Below, piece by piece: positions 1 through 10,312 of a stretch of DNA of 64,000 bases (positions are counted from its first letter, which is position 1; each line of letters opens with the position of its first letter). Made by a program: the position numbers and the translations under genes. Below the pieces are notes generated by a model that had not been told where the DNA came from, did not search any database, and was given only the letters and a program-made list of their open reading frames with translations. Where the stretch lies: NCBI GenBank assembly GCA_947174335.1, contig CAMWIM010000004.1, forward strand, positions 6,997 through 70,996. Direction: 5' to 3'. Origin of the DNA: an uncultured Porphyromonadaceae bacterium. Its GTDB lineage: Bacteria; Bacteroidota; Bacteroidia; Bacteroidales; Muribaculaceae.

Positions 1-411
1 TATACCGACACCTATCAAGGTCCCGACGCCTTGGATATTCCTAAGGTGTATCTGGCGGTTGACGGTGGCAACACTGTAATGTCAGGACAGTTATATAAAG
101 GTGAGGATGGAACATATTTCACCGACTCCGATATGACAACGGCATACACTTTGCCTCAGGGGAGCACGGTCAGGGAGTTCGGTTGGTCTGCCATTCCCAT
201 CTCGGGTGACTGGAAACCGGGATATTTTTATACCTACACCCTTGACTATACCTATGGGATTGGTCTGCACGCCCCCGATGTGAAACCCTCCAAGGGCCCC
301 AATGCCGGAGACCCCATATTCAGCGACAAGGTTGGACTTACGGTCTCAGTCAAAGGATGGCAGAACGGTTCAGTTTCATCATCCAGCATAAATGTGCCGG
401 AATCCATTTAA
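1..411 (+). CDS. C-terminal fragment of a fimbrillin/Mfa-like surface protein; the gene begins upstream of the window
   Basis: Frame 1 is open from base 1 to the stop at 409-411. The C-terminal motif GYFYTYTLDYTYGIG parallels CQYTFTFNYTNGVG at the end of the next gene, so the two are paralogs. Confidence 0.5.
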   Translation, partial: YTDTYQGPDALDIPKVYLAVDGGNTVMSGQLYKGEDGTYFTDSDMTTAYTLPQGSTVREFGWSAIPISGDWKPGYFYTYTLDYTYGIGLHAPDVKPSKGPNAGDPIFSDKVGLTVSVKGWQNGSVSSSSINVPESI

Positions 412-422
412 ACTCATCAATT

Positions 423-1835
423 ATGAAAAAAAACAGATATTATACAACTCTTCTACTGCTTCAGGCGCTTATGCTCTTCTCCTGCTCGCAGGAGGAGCCT
501 TTGCGCGTCGATGAAGATGGAGATTTGGAAATCGTCTTCACGACCGGATTGCCGGGTATCGAGACGCGCTCCGAGTCTTTCGTGACAGGCAGCCTTAACG
601 ACGGTTTTCGTGTTACGGCATTTTGCCCCGAAGACGAGTCAACGATTGATGGCTCGGGAAACATACGCGAGTATTTTGACTATCAACTTGTGACCAGGGC
701 ACCCGGTATGGGCAATGCTTTCCGCTCTGAAATGTGCCGTTGGCCTGAAAATAAGGTCACAAAAGAGGGTACGCTGAAGTTTTTCGCCTTCTACCCATCT
801 TGTGAGGAACTCAGAGAGCGCACCGGTGGAAATGAAGACAACTTCAAATTGACAAACTCCACCACCAAGAAGGGAACTACCATCACCTACAAATATGTGA
901 TGGAAAAATTCAAGGTGAACAGAGATATATCACGTCACGTTGATTTTGTGATGGCAACGGCTCAGGAAAACAAAAAGAACGGCCTATACTCCGGTGTGGC
1001 TCTTAAATTTGAGCATCAGCTGGCACGAGTCGATATTAAAGCATGGGGAAATCCCTCTACCTTCGATATTGAGATTGCAGGCATAAGATTGGGGAATGTC
1101 AATATCGAAAGTAATCTGGACTTCTCCTTAAAACCAAATATCAGTTACAGCGCAAAAGACTCTACGCAAAATGGTCAATGGCTTCAATCTCCCGCCCCGA
1201 TCAAAGGTGTGGTAGAGTATATCTACCGGGAAGGTGAGCCGGTCATTCAAATAAAAAATGGTGGAAAATACACTACCTCTACTAATGCGACATCGCTGAT
1301 GGGAAACGCCGGAAGCGCATTTGTGATTCCCGCCTCTTATTCAAAATGGACAAAGTATGCGACGAGCGGCTTATATTTCAGCGTGCTCCTGAGGGTGAAG
1401 GATATTGACGGTATGGAGCTGTATCCCAACATTGTAGGTGCCAACATGAACAACTCAAACACAACGGATAATATGAACGTCATATATTTTGCCGTCAACA
1501 AGTCAACCGGGGTGATTAACAAGAGGATATACAAAAAGAACGGTAATTATTACGCTGATGAGGAATGCTCCGTCCTCTATACCATAAACCAAAACGAAGA
1601 AATAAGGGCTTACGGTTGGGCCGCTTTCCCTCCGTCCAGTAGTACTACGGCATTGAAATCAGGCTGCCAATATACATTTACCTTTAACTACACTAATGGT
1701 GTGGGCGTGGAAGACCCGGCGGATGTCCTCACGTTCGCGCCTATCATCACACCTGTCACTCCAACTGTTACGGTGACCTCCTTTAGCTCCGGAGGCACCA
1801 CCGACGTGACCGATAAGATTAATATAATTCCGTAG
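423..1835 (+). CDS. fimbrillin (Mfa-like, type V pilus family) lipoprotein
   Basis: Internal ATG gives MKKNRYYTTLLLLQALMLFSC (signal peptide plus lipobox Cys). This is followed by a beta-strand and an Arg site (GIETRSESF), typical of type V pilin prosequences. Tandem with paralogs. Confidence 0.65.
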   Translation: MKKNRYYTTLLLLQALMLFSCSQEEPLRVDEDGDLEIVFTTGLPGIETRSESFVTGSLNDGFRVTAFCPEDESTIDGSGNIREYFDYQLVTRAPGMGNAFRSEMCRWPENKVTKEGTLKFFAFYPSCEELRERTGGNEDNFKLTNSTTKKGTTITYKYVMEKFKVNRDISRHVDFVMATAQENKKNGLYSGVALKFEHQLARVDIKAWGNPSTFDIEIAGIRLGNVNIESNLDFSLKPNISYSAKDSTQNGQWLQSPAPIKGVVEYIYREGEPVIQIKNGGKYTTSTNATSLMGNAGSAFVIPASYSKWTKYATSGLYFSVLLRVKDIDGMELYPNIVGANMNNSNTTDNMNVIYFAVNKSTGVINKRIYKKNGNYYADEECSVLYTINQNEEIRAYGWAAFPPSSSTTALKSGCQYTFTFNYTNGVGVEDPADVLTFAPIITPVTPTVTVTSFSSGGTTDVTDKINIIP

Positions 1836-1875
1836 ATTACAATATTAATGTATGTTGCAAAACAGATTGAAATAT

Positions 1876-3021
1876 ATGAAACACAATATACTGCATATCA
1901 TACTGACGATGCTAATCGGAATAGCATTTGTCTCCTCGTGTGCATCAGAGCCCGAGGTGACTGATTATACAACGGGAGTGGAGATGACATTTGATGTCGG
2001 GACTACGACCCGTGCAAGCATAATCACAGAAGACAATTACACCAGTCAATCTTTCAAGCTTTTCGGAGACCTGAATACAAAAAAGGTTTACATCAACGGA
2101 GAATACTTTGAAGGGCTTAGGAAGATTTTTAATGGAACTCAAGTGAAGTGTCAAAGCTCCGCCTGGAACTACGGGACTGCTCAATACTGGCTTTTGGGAC
2201 AGGAATATTCCTTTGTGGCACTTATGCCTTATGCCATATCCGATTTACAGGGCTTGACATACTCCGATTCAAAATTAAGTTTTACTTACACATTGCCCTC
2301 CGACCTCAACAATGCCATAGATATTCTTGCCGCCACCGACCGAAGGAAGTTTCTCCTCACAGGCACAAACTTCTCCGGTTTGGCAAAAGTTAATTTTGAA
2401 TTCAAACATCTTCTGTCGCAGATATCTATTCAGGCAGCCCTTGACGAAGACCTTATGTATGAGGACGATGACAACTACAGGGGGGCAGATCCCGACTATG
2501 AGGATGAGTACATAGAGTTTCACAAGGTGGAGATTTGGGGCTCCAAAACAGCTGCAAACTTCACCATAACGCCGGCAGCCTCTTCGAGTACGAATCCTGA
2601 CCCCTCAGGCACAATAGAAGCAATGCTGATTGACAATGCCACAGATTCAAAACTGTCTAAACCCTTTAACGAAACAAAGAAACTCACCAACAATAAACAA
2701 TATGTCACACTCTTCTCCGACACTGATGCTCTGCTGATTATGCCACAACAATTAGCCTCTGATTCAGAGGCTAAGATGATATTGACTTACACTGTCAACG
2801 GCAACACCGACCGCCTGCGTCAGATAGAGATACCCTTGGCGGGTTCCAAATGGGAGGCTGGTAAAATCTACACCTACAAATTTACCGTGTCTAAAGCCTA
2901 CACCGGTCAGATCAAGGAGGGCTCCTTGGCCATCGAAATCAATGACATCACCGACTCCGGTGCCAATGACCGGTGGATAAGTGAAAATGACAAACTTGTG
3001 TTTAAATTTGGTGAAAAATAA
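1876..3021 (+). CDS. fimbrillin (Mfa-like) family lipoprotein
   Basis: MKHNILHIILTMLIGIAFVSSC lipoprotein signal, then the FDVGTTTRAS motif. Same orientation, short gap. Confidence 0.65.
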   Translation: MKHNILHIILTMLIGIAFVSSCASEPEVTDYTTGVEMTFDVGTTTRASIITEDNYTSQSFKLFGDLNTKKVYINGEYFEGLRKIFNGTQVKCQSSAWNYGTAQYWLLGQEYSFVALMPYAISDLQGLTYSDSKLSFTYTLPSDLNNAIDILAATDRRKFLLTGTNFSGLAKVNFEFKHLLSQISIQAALDEDLMYEDDDNYRGADPDYEDEYIEFHKVEIWGSKTAANFTITPAASSSTNPDPSGTIEAMLIDNATDSKLSKPFNETKKLTNNKQYVTLFSDTDALLIMPQQLASDSEAKMILTYTVNGNTDRLRQIEIPLAGSKWEAGKIYTYKFTVSKAYTGQIKEGSLAIEINDITDSGANDRWISENDKLVFKFGEK

Positions 3022-3042
3022 TATTTTTGCATCCGGTAGATT

Positions 3043-5355
3043 ATGAAACATATGATTGCCAAAGATATACCAACAATAATAATTATATTACTGAGCTCGA
3101 TACTGCTCCAATGCCTGTATTCCTGCTCCGACGACACGACTCTCAACAACAGTGGTGACACAACTAATGACGGGGTGGAGATCTCCCTCCCCCTCTCGCT
3201 GTCTGTGCTGCCCATGAGCTCAGATGATCCCCAATCGCGTGCCACTGGTTATGAAGCTGCCACAGATGATGAAAAGAAAATAACCGATTTTTGGCTTATA
3301 GAGTATAATGAGAAAGGCGTTAGGGTCGGGCTTCCACGTTATTTTGAAGTGGAGGGCGATGCTCTCACATCATATTCGCTCGATGAAATCAATATCATTG
3401 TGCCCCGCGAAGATGACCAGAAATATACTTGTGTCATTATTGCCAACACGAGAGACAATACTTTTTTCAGCGAGCAAAACCGCGCGAAATTCAGCACCCT
3501 TAATGCCCTGCGCAACGTTGATAAGGATGTCACCAATCAGGAGGACCTCTTCAAGCCCGCCGAGGGTAGGTATTTGCTGATGAGTGGATGGAAACATATC
3601 ACAAAAGATACCCGGGATCTTAATTTTGATTTGGTGCGCAATGTCAGCAAGGTCAGGGTAAGGCTTACCGATTTTCCTGATGATAAGTTGGTGGCGAAAT
3701 ATTTCCAGTGGTGCGATGTCCCCTTCGGAAAGCTTTTCCCTCACGGCACAAACGCTAATTATAAGCAGAAAGTGAGCCGCAACTGGAGGCAGCATGACGA
3801 TTTTGACACACTACGGAGTGAAAATGGATACGATTACTATATTCCGTGCAACAGCTGGATTCCGGAAGATATATCTGACACACCTGATAATGGTCCTACC
3901 GTCAGAGATGAGGACCCCACATACTTTGATATTGTCTGCCGTCTTAACTCAGATAAAACTGACCCCAATGATGTGCCGATTGATGATCGCGAACTGTATA
4001 AGTTTTCCATCTATCCCAGTAAGGATAAGGAGAAGCAATTCAATTTCAAGCCCAACCATTATTATGAGATAGAGGTGTCAATCAAGGATATCCCTGATCC
4101 TGATAAAGATCCCTTTTTCAATAAACTGGGCTACACCGACCTCCGTGGAGCCAATTGCTATATTATCGACACCAATGCCAAAGATATCTTCAAGCTTCAC
4201 CTCGACCAGATTAATAAGTTCTGGGGACAATACAACGGCAAAAACCTGCTTGACAATGACCCCGACAATGAGAACAATGAATGGGTGGCAGAAGTAATCT
4301 GGCAGGATACCGATGTCAGGATCTTCGACTTCTCTTTTGCAGAAGATGAGGACTCTGAGAAGGACTTGACAAAGTTTGACGGCAATGGCAATACCTATTT
4401 CACCTTCTGTCCCTCCCACAGTGGCACCGGCAATGTGATTGTCGGTGTGCGCAAACGCGTGCCTGAAAATAAAATCCCACCCCGTAATAAACGTGAGTAC
4501 TTCTGGAGCTGGCACATCTGGATCACCGATTACAAGCCTGATGAGCACCCGGCTGAATGGAGCCGTACTCCGAATGGGTATACAGATGTTTATAAATATC
4601 CTGTCACCGGCGGGAATGTGCAGTTGTATTCCAACTACATTTGGGACGTCCCTGTTAAAAATATTTTAACTGATAGGTTTATGATGGATAGGAACCTTGG
4701 AGCCTGGTCTGCCACCAAGGAAGACGGCTACAAGACCTTCGGGTTCTATTACCAGCGAGGCCGCAAGGATCCTTTCCCTATCGCCAATTCCTCGATACAA
4801 AAGGTTTATGATATTGATGGCAATGAAATTGAGGTATTCAATGGAGCAGAGACTATGATCGTTGAAATGGAACAGGCCACTATTGCCGAGGGTGTAAAGT
4901 ATCCTTATAAATTATTCCAACCTGATTATACTTCTCAATGGTGTTACGACAGTAAAGCCGGTAATTTTGACAACGGTTGGTTGAACTATAATGTCGATTC
5001 TTACACCGAGAAAAGTATCTTTGACCCGTGTCCTCCTGGATGGATGCTTCCCCCGCGTGAAGCCTATGGAGCCAATGTTAGCATCAATGCATACGATACA
5101 TTCAGCTCCCAGGCAAGTGGCGAACAATATGAGCCTTATGGCATTAGCTTTTACTTATATACGTCTAGTAGTGAAAAGATCTGGTATCCGTTAAACGCTA
5201 TCCGGCTCCAAGGTACTAGTGTTGGATACTATTGGACTGCTCCTCCCAAAGGATCGTGTGTCTTCAACTTCCAAGATGCCACAATTGGCGGCAGTTTTAC
5301 GGCTAACGTAAATGTAGCCGGAGTGAGATGCATCAGTGATCCCTCATACAAGTGA
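3043..5355 (+). CDS. large pilus-associated lipoprotein with a C-terminal Fibrobacter-succinogenes-major-paralogous (FISUMP)-like domain
   Basis: Lipobox LYSC. N-terminal pilin-like SRAT site. C-terminal FGFYYQRGRKDPFP and DPCPPGWMLP match the FISUMP signature (YYQWGRKDPF / CPxGWRLP). Confidence 0.65.
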   Translation: MKHMIAKDIPTIIIILLSSILLQCLYSCSDDTTLNNSGDTTNDGVEISLPLSLSVLPMSSDDPQSRATGYEAATDDEKKITDFWLIEYNEKGVRVGLPRYFEVEGDALTSYSLDEINIIVPREDDQKYTCVIIANTRDNTFFSEQNRAKFSTLNALRNVDKDVTNQEDLFKPAEGRYLLMSGWKHITKDTRDLNFDLVRNVSKVRVRLTDFPDDKLVAKYFQWCDVPFGKLFPHGTNANYKQKVSRNWRQHDDFDTLRSENGYDYYIPCNSWIPEDISDTPDNGPTVRDEDPTYFDIVCRLNSDKTDPNDVPIDDRELYKFSIYPSKDKEKQFNFKPNHYYEIEVSIKDIPDPDKDPFFNKLGYTDLRGANCYIIDTNAKDIFKLHLDQINKFWGQYNGKNLLDNDPDNENNEWVAEVIWQDTDVRIFDFSFAEDEDSEKDLTKFDGNGNTYFTFCPSHSGTGNVIVGVRKRVPENKIPPRNKREYFWSWHIWITDYKPDEHPAEWSRTPNGYTDVYKYPVTGGNVQLYSNYIWDVPVKNILTDRFMMDRNLGAWSATKEDGYKTFGFYYQRGRKDPFPIANSSIQKVYDIDGNEIEVFNGAETMIVEMEQATIAEGVKYPYKLFQPDYTSQWCYDSKAGNFDNGWLNYNVDSYTEKSIFDPCPPGWMLPPREAYGANVSINAYDTFSSQASGEQYEPYGISFYLYTSSSEKIWYPLNAIRLQGTSVGYYWTAPPKGSCVFNFQDATIGGSFTANVNVAGVRCISDPSYK

Positions 5356-5578
5356 TTACCGTTATCCAATGCGTGATTAATCCGTTTTTTTCGTGCTTTC
5401 AATACGGATTACATCCTTGTCAAGCCTTCAGGGAAGTACGTTATTTTTGACATCCCGGTGATATAACGTATGCCATTATGTCTCCGTGGCTTATGGATTT
5501 TATGTTTTTCAATATGTAAAAAAAAGAGGTTGCGTCTATTTTGACACAGCCTCTTTGTGTGTTATTTATAGCAGTATG

Positions 5579-6637
5579 CTACAATTCCCATTTGGTTTCT
5601 TCCATTGGGTCTGTAGCCGATTCTACTATTTCAGGTTCAATACCACCATTTGCAATCGCACCACTCAATGAGAATTCAAGAGTGTGCATCTTCATTCGCT
5701 TGAATGGAAAGCTATAATCACTTGACCAAAGCACGATTTCTTCATTTGCGGGAGTCTTATATATAATTTTATAATTTCCGGCTGCCCATACTGAACAATT
5801 CTCTGCAATCCAGGCAGCATCTCTCTTCCCCTGATAATTACTAAATCCCGCTGGGAATTGCACATTACATTCCATCGTATTTGTTCCGGTGGAATTTCCT
5901 TCCATTACAATAGAATCTTGTTGTTCATTGTATATAATTTTACCTTCATAGAAATCAGTAACCTTTATTCTGATACCATATTGCCAGCGATAAAGTTTTA
6001 TACTGACTTTCTTATTGTCATCATCAGGTTTAAAATTTCCGTATTCACCTTGATAGCGTAAAATTTGATTAATGTCATTTGGTTTGTTACTGGGCTCCCC
6101 TTTAGGGCAAGTTGCACTATGCACAAATCCAGCGTCACTAAAATCCTGATATACCACAGTGTTTAATTCTGGTACTGCATCATACCAACCCAACAGAGTA
6201 AATGGATTCATCCATTTACCTTCACCTGCTGGTTCTACAAGATTTTTGCCATCGGGAATATATGTTAAAGAAAAGTGGTAGTAATGCCTCTTGGATAGTT
6301 TCAAATTAATTAAGTTAGGATTATCAAAGATGGCACATGCTGCACCATTTACATGGGGACCACCGCCTTCTGCCGGGATAGAATCAACAGACTGAAACAC
6401 AGCTAAGGCATACAGGTCATCATTAGATGCTCTTGACATAGGAGATACTTCCCATTCAAGAGAGCTGAGAGCAAGAGATACTATTACGGAGTCTGAACTG
6501 ATTGTGGGTTCTTCCGGAGGTTCGGGAGTAGGATAGTCGGGTTCTTCGGCACCGCTCTGTGAGCAAGCTGCGGGAATAAGGGCAACAATGCCAAATAGCA
6601 TAATCCCCTTGATGTAATTGAAAAGTTTTGTTTTCAT
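5579..6637 (-). CDS. lipoprotein of unknown function (last gene of the LRR operon)
   Basis: MKTKLFNYIKGIMLFGIVALIPAAC signal and lipobox. 29-nt gap to the upstream gene on the same strand. Confidence 0.6.
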   Translation of the reverse strand: MKTKLFNYIKGIMLFGIVALIPAACSQSGAEEPDYPTPEPPEEPTISSDSVIVSLALSSLEWEVSPMSRASNDDLYALAVFQSVDSIPAEGGGPHVNGAACAIFDNPNLINLKLSKRHYYHFSLTYIPDGKNLVEPAGEGKWMNPFTLLGWYDAVPELNTVVYQDFSDAGFVHSATCPKGEPSNKPNDINQILRYQGEYGNFKPDDDNKKVSIKLYRWQYGIRIKVTDFYEGKIIYNEQQDSIVMEGNSTGTNTMECNVQFPAGFSNYQGKRDAAWIAENCSVWAAGNYKIIYKTPANEEIVLWSSDYSFPFKRMKMHTLEFSLSGAIANGGIEPEIVESATDPMEETKWEL

Positions 6638-6666
6638 AAAATGATTAATTTATAATTTGATTTATT

Positions 6667-6990
6667 TTACATTTTCATTTCTTCAGGCTTGATGTACTTG
6701 AGAATAATTCTGCCGTTCAAATTAGCCGGGACAACAGTTTCATTATGTTCCCCAATGTAAAGAATTATATCCCCTGCGAGAACTTCAATTTTGACAGGCA
6801 AATTACCATTTTCATCAAGTACTTCAGGTTTTATTTCGACTGAACCCAAAATTTTCCACACTTCCTGTCCATCGATAGACTCTATGGTGAAATCATTTAA
6901 GATTCCTCGTTCTTTTTGCTCATTAAGGGATTTGAAAAACTTATTAGTTCCCTTCTTGACTCTTTCTATTGAATCTTTGAAAAGTCTCAT
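6667..6990 (-). CDS. hypothetical small protein
   Basis: 107-aa ORF packed between same-strand genes (gaps of 22 and 29 nt). No recognisable motif. Confidence 0.45.
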   Translation of the reverse strand: MRLFKDSIERVKKGTNKFFKSLNEQKERGILNDFTIESIDGQEVWKILGSVEIKPEVLDENGNLPVKIEVLAGDIILYIGEHNETVVPANLNGRIILKYIKPEEMKM

Positions 6991-7012
6991 AGTTATCTTA
7001 GTTTAAAAAATT

Positions 7013-7447
7013 TTATTTTGGAATTTCATCATACCAACGACCTTCAATATCAATATAGCCGTTTTTGTGTTGGAAAGGTATTCCGACAATATTTTCATCG
7101 TCGAAATCAGACTCGTTTATAATGCTATCAGCAATTTCATCAAAGGATTTAAGAATGCGACTTCCATCATTTTGAACAAACAATCTTGCATTCACAGAAG
7201 TCTTAACTTTAGCATATCCATTTTTAAAAAATTCAGCTATTACAAATACAGCCGGAACGAGATATGAACCATCCGGTTTGAGATAGCCCCATTCTCCTTC
7301 AAATTTGTCCCATTTAATTTTAAATGCGGCGAAACCATTGCAGAAGTCCCGAACTTCATCAAATTTTGGCTCAATGACCCATAGACCTTCAGAGTCAACG
7401 AAGCCATATTTACCGTCTCTATTTTGTTTAGATTTTAATTCAATCAT
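7013..7447 (-). CDS. WG-repeat (KWG) protein
   Basis: Repeated GKYGFVDSEG..VIEPKF and WGYLKPDGSYLVP..F motifs, typical of WG-containing repeats. Confidence 0.7.
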   Translation of the reverse strand: MIELKSKQNRDGKYGFVDSEGLWVIEPKFDEVRDFCNGFAAFKIKWDKFEGEWGYLKPDGSYLVPAVFVIAEFFKNGYAKVKTSVNARLFVQNDGSRILKSFDEIADSIINESDFDDENIVGIPFQHKNGYIDIEGRWYDEIPK

Positions 7448-7504
7448 ATTTGTAAAATATTTACTGATTAAATTGATATTTTATAATATCTTCTGAATTA
7501 GAGA

Positions 7505-10312
7505 TTAGTCAACGTATATTATCTCAGCATTCCCTTTGGACATATTGCTGATAGTGATACCACTTTTTAAATATAATGTATTTAGAGTCGACATACTGCA
7601 ATATAAATCGGTCAGGGCTGTATTCTTTGAGAGATCCAACGTAGTAAGCTTGTTATCCAAACAATACAACTTACTCAGAGCTGTGCAACTTGTTACATCT
7701 AATGAAGTTAATTGATTCATATCGCAATGTAGCTCTGTCAGTGCTTCATTTTTTGATATATTTAATAATGTTAAATTGTTCAAGTAGCATCTTAAAAAAG
7801 TTAGCGCCATATTATTTGAGACATCTAACGTAGACAATTTGTTTTTATCACAGTTCAATTTCGACAGCAGTGTATTCCTTGAGACATCCAAGGAGGAGAG
7901 CTGGTTATCGTTACAGTCTAAGGATTTCAGCATAGTACAATCTGAGACATTCAATATTGTCAACTGATTGCTGTAACACTCTAAATCAATCAGTGCTGTA
8001 TTTCTTGTGATATCCAATGAAGTCAGCTGATTATTACCACATACCAACTTAGTAAGCGATGTATTCTTGAACACGTCCAACATTGTCAATTTATTTAAAT
8101 GACAATCCAACTCCGTCAGCATTGTGTTATTTGAAACATCTAATGTTGTCAACTTATTATTACCGCAATTTAGCTTCTTAAGAGTTGTATTTTTTTTGAC
8201 ATCTAATGATGTCAACTGATTTTTTTCGCAATTCAACTCATTAAGCACTGTATTATTTGACACATCTAATGATGTCAACTTATTAAAGTAACAATTCAAA
8301 TATGTCAGCGCGGTACTGCTTGATACATCCAACGTTCTCAAATCGTTGGTACTGTTGCAATCTAATTTAGTCAGCGATGTACATCCTGAGACATCCAAAG
8401 AGGTCATAGAATGATTAAAACTACAATCCAACTCAATTAATGCTTTAAAACCAGAAACATCTAACGAGGTCAACTTGTTTGAGGAGCACTTCAAGTTAGT
8501 GAGGACTGTATTGTTAGATAAATCCAACGAGGTCAACTGGTTTGAGTAGCATTCCAAATTAGTCAGGGCTGTATTGTTAGATAAATCCAACGATGTCAAC
8601 TGATTATAATAGCAACTTAGATCGTTTAAATTTTTAAAATATTGTATTCCCTCAAGTGATTTAATGCTTTTAAAACCACAAGAGACTCTTGTAACATTTA
8701 ATGCTTCCTTGCCTGAAATGACACCATCTTTATCTTTATCAAAATTACTCAAAACATAACTACGGAAATTTTCATCAGGGAAGGCTATAGTCATATCTGA
8801 AGGAATTGAAAATGTAAACTCTTCCTGGCTAATTTTAATTGAAGTGAAAGCTTTTCCGGTTTTATCTACTATTTGTATAGTAGCGCTACGAGCATCTCCA
8901 TTATTTTCACTTACTAACAAAGTAATTGTTTCTTTTCGGTTTGCTCTTGATTCAACAGTGCTAATCCAACTTTTTACGTCGGTGGGGATTGACAGAGAGT
9001 AGTCGGTATTGGTTTCTATATTGATACTTACTGACCCACCTGTTGTCGGAACTTGATATGTCTCTCCACTTGTTACCTTTAAAAATTCTTCCTCTTTGCC
9101 ATTTCCCTGGTTAATCTCAATTGAGGTGAAAGCGTTACCGTCTTTATCTACTAATTGAATGTGTGAGGTACGGGCAACATCTTTATTCTCCCTAATTAAT
9201 AAAGTGATTGTTTCTTGACGGTGGGTGCGTGATTCAACTTTGCTAACCCAATGTTTATCTTCGTCAGGAATTGAAAGGTCGAAGTCTGTATTTGTTTCGA
9301 GATTGATACTTACGGTTCCACCGGTTTTGGGTACTTGATATGTTGTTCCGCTTGTTACCTGCAAAAAATCTTCTTCGCCAAACGAAATGCTGCTCATCAC
9401 AGTTACCTTACCGTTTGATGCAAGCAAGATGACCTTGTCATATTCGTCAATAGCATCCCCGGTAATAATAGAGATGGTACCTTTTGCTGAATTACGATTA
9501 TTTAATTTTGCTTTGACATTACCCGATGAAATAACCTCCAATTTGAGTCCAACGACGCTTCCTTCAACAACATAGCTGATATTATAGGTCGAATTAGGAG
9601 AAACTGATTTTAGTTCGGCAAGCGTTTGCTCATCAAATTTTATGGTTAACTCTGCTTGACGAGGGAGTGTAAATTTAGTGCCGTCTGACAGAGTAAAGGT
9701 TACTTTTTGAGGGTCTGAGGTGTCAATGTCGTTGAAAACTGCATTTTTACCGTCGGCGGTGCCTTTGCCGAGATTGACCCAGGTTTTGCCACCGTCAGCC
9801 GACATCAACCAGTTGTCTTTGTCAATTTTAAACTCGGGAAGAACAACATCTGATGTTCCGGTAGTACCAACTTTATTCCCATCTTCGCTGAGTATCCATT
9901 CTCCGTTGATAGTCCAATAATAATCTCCTTTTTCATCTTGTTTGATTCCAATAACGGGGGCTGAACCATTAGTGCCATCAGCACCATTGATGCCATTGAC
10001 GCCGTCTTGACCATCTTTACCGTGATAAACCGAGATTGACGGACTTTTGACAAATGCAAATGTATAGCCGACCTCTTTTTCGCCCTCTTTGATCGGAGTA
10101 ACTGAAGTGATAGCATCTCCGTTTTCCATAGCGTTAACCAATGTCTGAATCGATGTGACATTAGTATTCAGTTGTTTGCACTGTTCTTCGAGCGACTTCA
10201 CTCGATTTTCAAGATTTTCAACGCGATTGCTCAATGGTCCGTCGTCATACTTGTCACAAGATGACAATGCGAATAGAGCAACCGCACAAATGGAGAGAAT
10301 AAAATTCTTCAT
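7505..10312 (-). CDS. surface lipoprotein: N-terminal coiled-coil domain + two BACON-like domains + about 17 leucine-rich repeats
   Basis: Lipobox LSSC. Duplicated module YQVPxTGGxVSINxETNTDxxLSIP (BACON-like). Long array of 22-aa LTSLDVSxNTxLTxLxCxxNx repeats. Confidence 0.85.
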   Translation of the reverse strand: MKNFILSICAVALFALSSCDKYDDGPLSNRVENLENRVKSLEEQCKQLNTNVTSIQTLVNAMENGDAITSVTPIKEGEKEVGYTFAFVKSPSISVYHGKDGQDGVNGINGADGTNGSAPVIGIKQDEKGDYYWTINGEWILSEDGNKVGTTGTSDVVLPEFKIDKDNWLMSADGGKTWVNLGKGTADGKNAVFNDIDTSDPQKVTFTLSDGTKFTLPRQAELTIKFDEQTLAELKSVSPNSTYNISYVVEGSVVGLKLEVISSGNVKAKLNNRNSAKGTISIITGDAIDEYDKVILLASNGKVTVMSSISFGEEDFLQVTSGTTYQVPKTGGTVSINLETNTDFDLSIPDEDKHWVSKVESRTHRQETITLLIRENKDVARTSHIQLVDKDGNAFTSIEINQGNGKEEEFLKVTSGETYQVPTTGGSVSINIETNTDYSLSIPTDVKSWISTVESRANRKETITLLVSENNGDARSATIQIVDKTGKAFTSIKISQEEFTFSIPSDMTIAFPDENFRSYVLSNFDKDKDGVISGKEALNVTRVSCGFKSIKSLEGIQYFKNLNDLSCYYNQLTSLDLSNNTALTNLECYSNQLTSLDLSNNTVLTNLKCSSNKLTSLDVSGFKALIELDCSFNHSMTSLDVSGCTSLTKLDCNSTNDLRTLDVSSSTALTYLNCYFNKLTSLDVSNNTVLNELNCEKNQLTSLDVKKNTTLKKLNCGNNKLTTLDVSNNTMLTELDCHLNKLTMLDVFKNTSLTKLVCGNNQLTSLDITRNTALIDLECYSNQLTILNVSDCTMLKSLDCNDNQLSSLDVSRNTLLSKLNCDKNKLSTLDVSNNMALTFLRCYLNNLTLLNISKNEALTELHCDMNQLTSLDVTSCTALSKLYCLDNKLTTLDLSKNTALTDLYCSMSTLNTLYLKSGITISNMSKGNAEIIYVD
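7570..8640 (-). repeat. 66-bp-period coding tandem array (LRR units) inside the LRR gene
   Basis: Recurring gtcaa(c/t)tg.tt / acatc(t/c)aa(c/t)g blocks visible at about 66-bp spacing. Matches the 22-aa protein repeats. Confidence 0.8.
8830..9370 (-). repeat. internal tandem duplication encoding two BACON-like modules
   Basis: Protein segments FLQVTSGTTYQVPKTGG...IEINQG and FLKVTSGETYQVPTTGG...IKISQE are collinear and highly similar. Confidence 0.75.

Noticed and set aside
3370-4548. Antisense ORFs inside the 770-aa pilin/FISUMP gene (3370..3795, 4078..4548)
   Set aside because: These are shadow ORFs of a long, motif-supported plus-strand gene. They show no signal peptide, motif or promoter.
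5356-5578. Possible fourth copy of the leader, or an ncRNA, between the pilin cluster and the LRR operon
   Set aside because: None of the conserved boxes are present. The hairpins (taatccgt/acggatta and the aagagg...cctctt stem near 5520-5565) are adequately explained as terminators between convergent genes.
9805-10161. 118-aa ORF in an alternative frame of the LRR gene, plus other short ORFs in 9387-10436
   Set aside because: They overlap the N-terminal domain of the LRR lipoprotein and have low-complexity translations.
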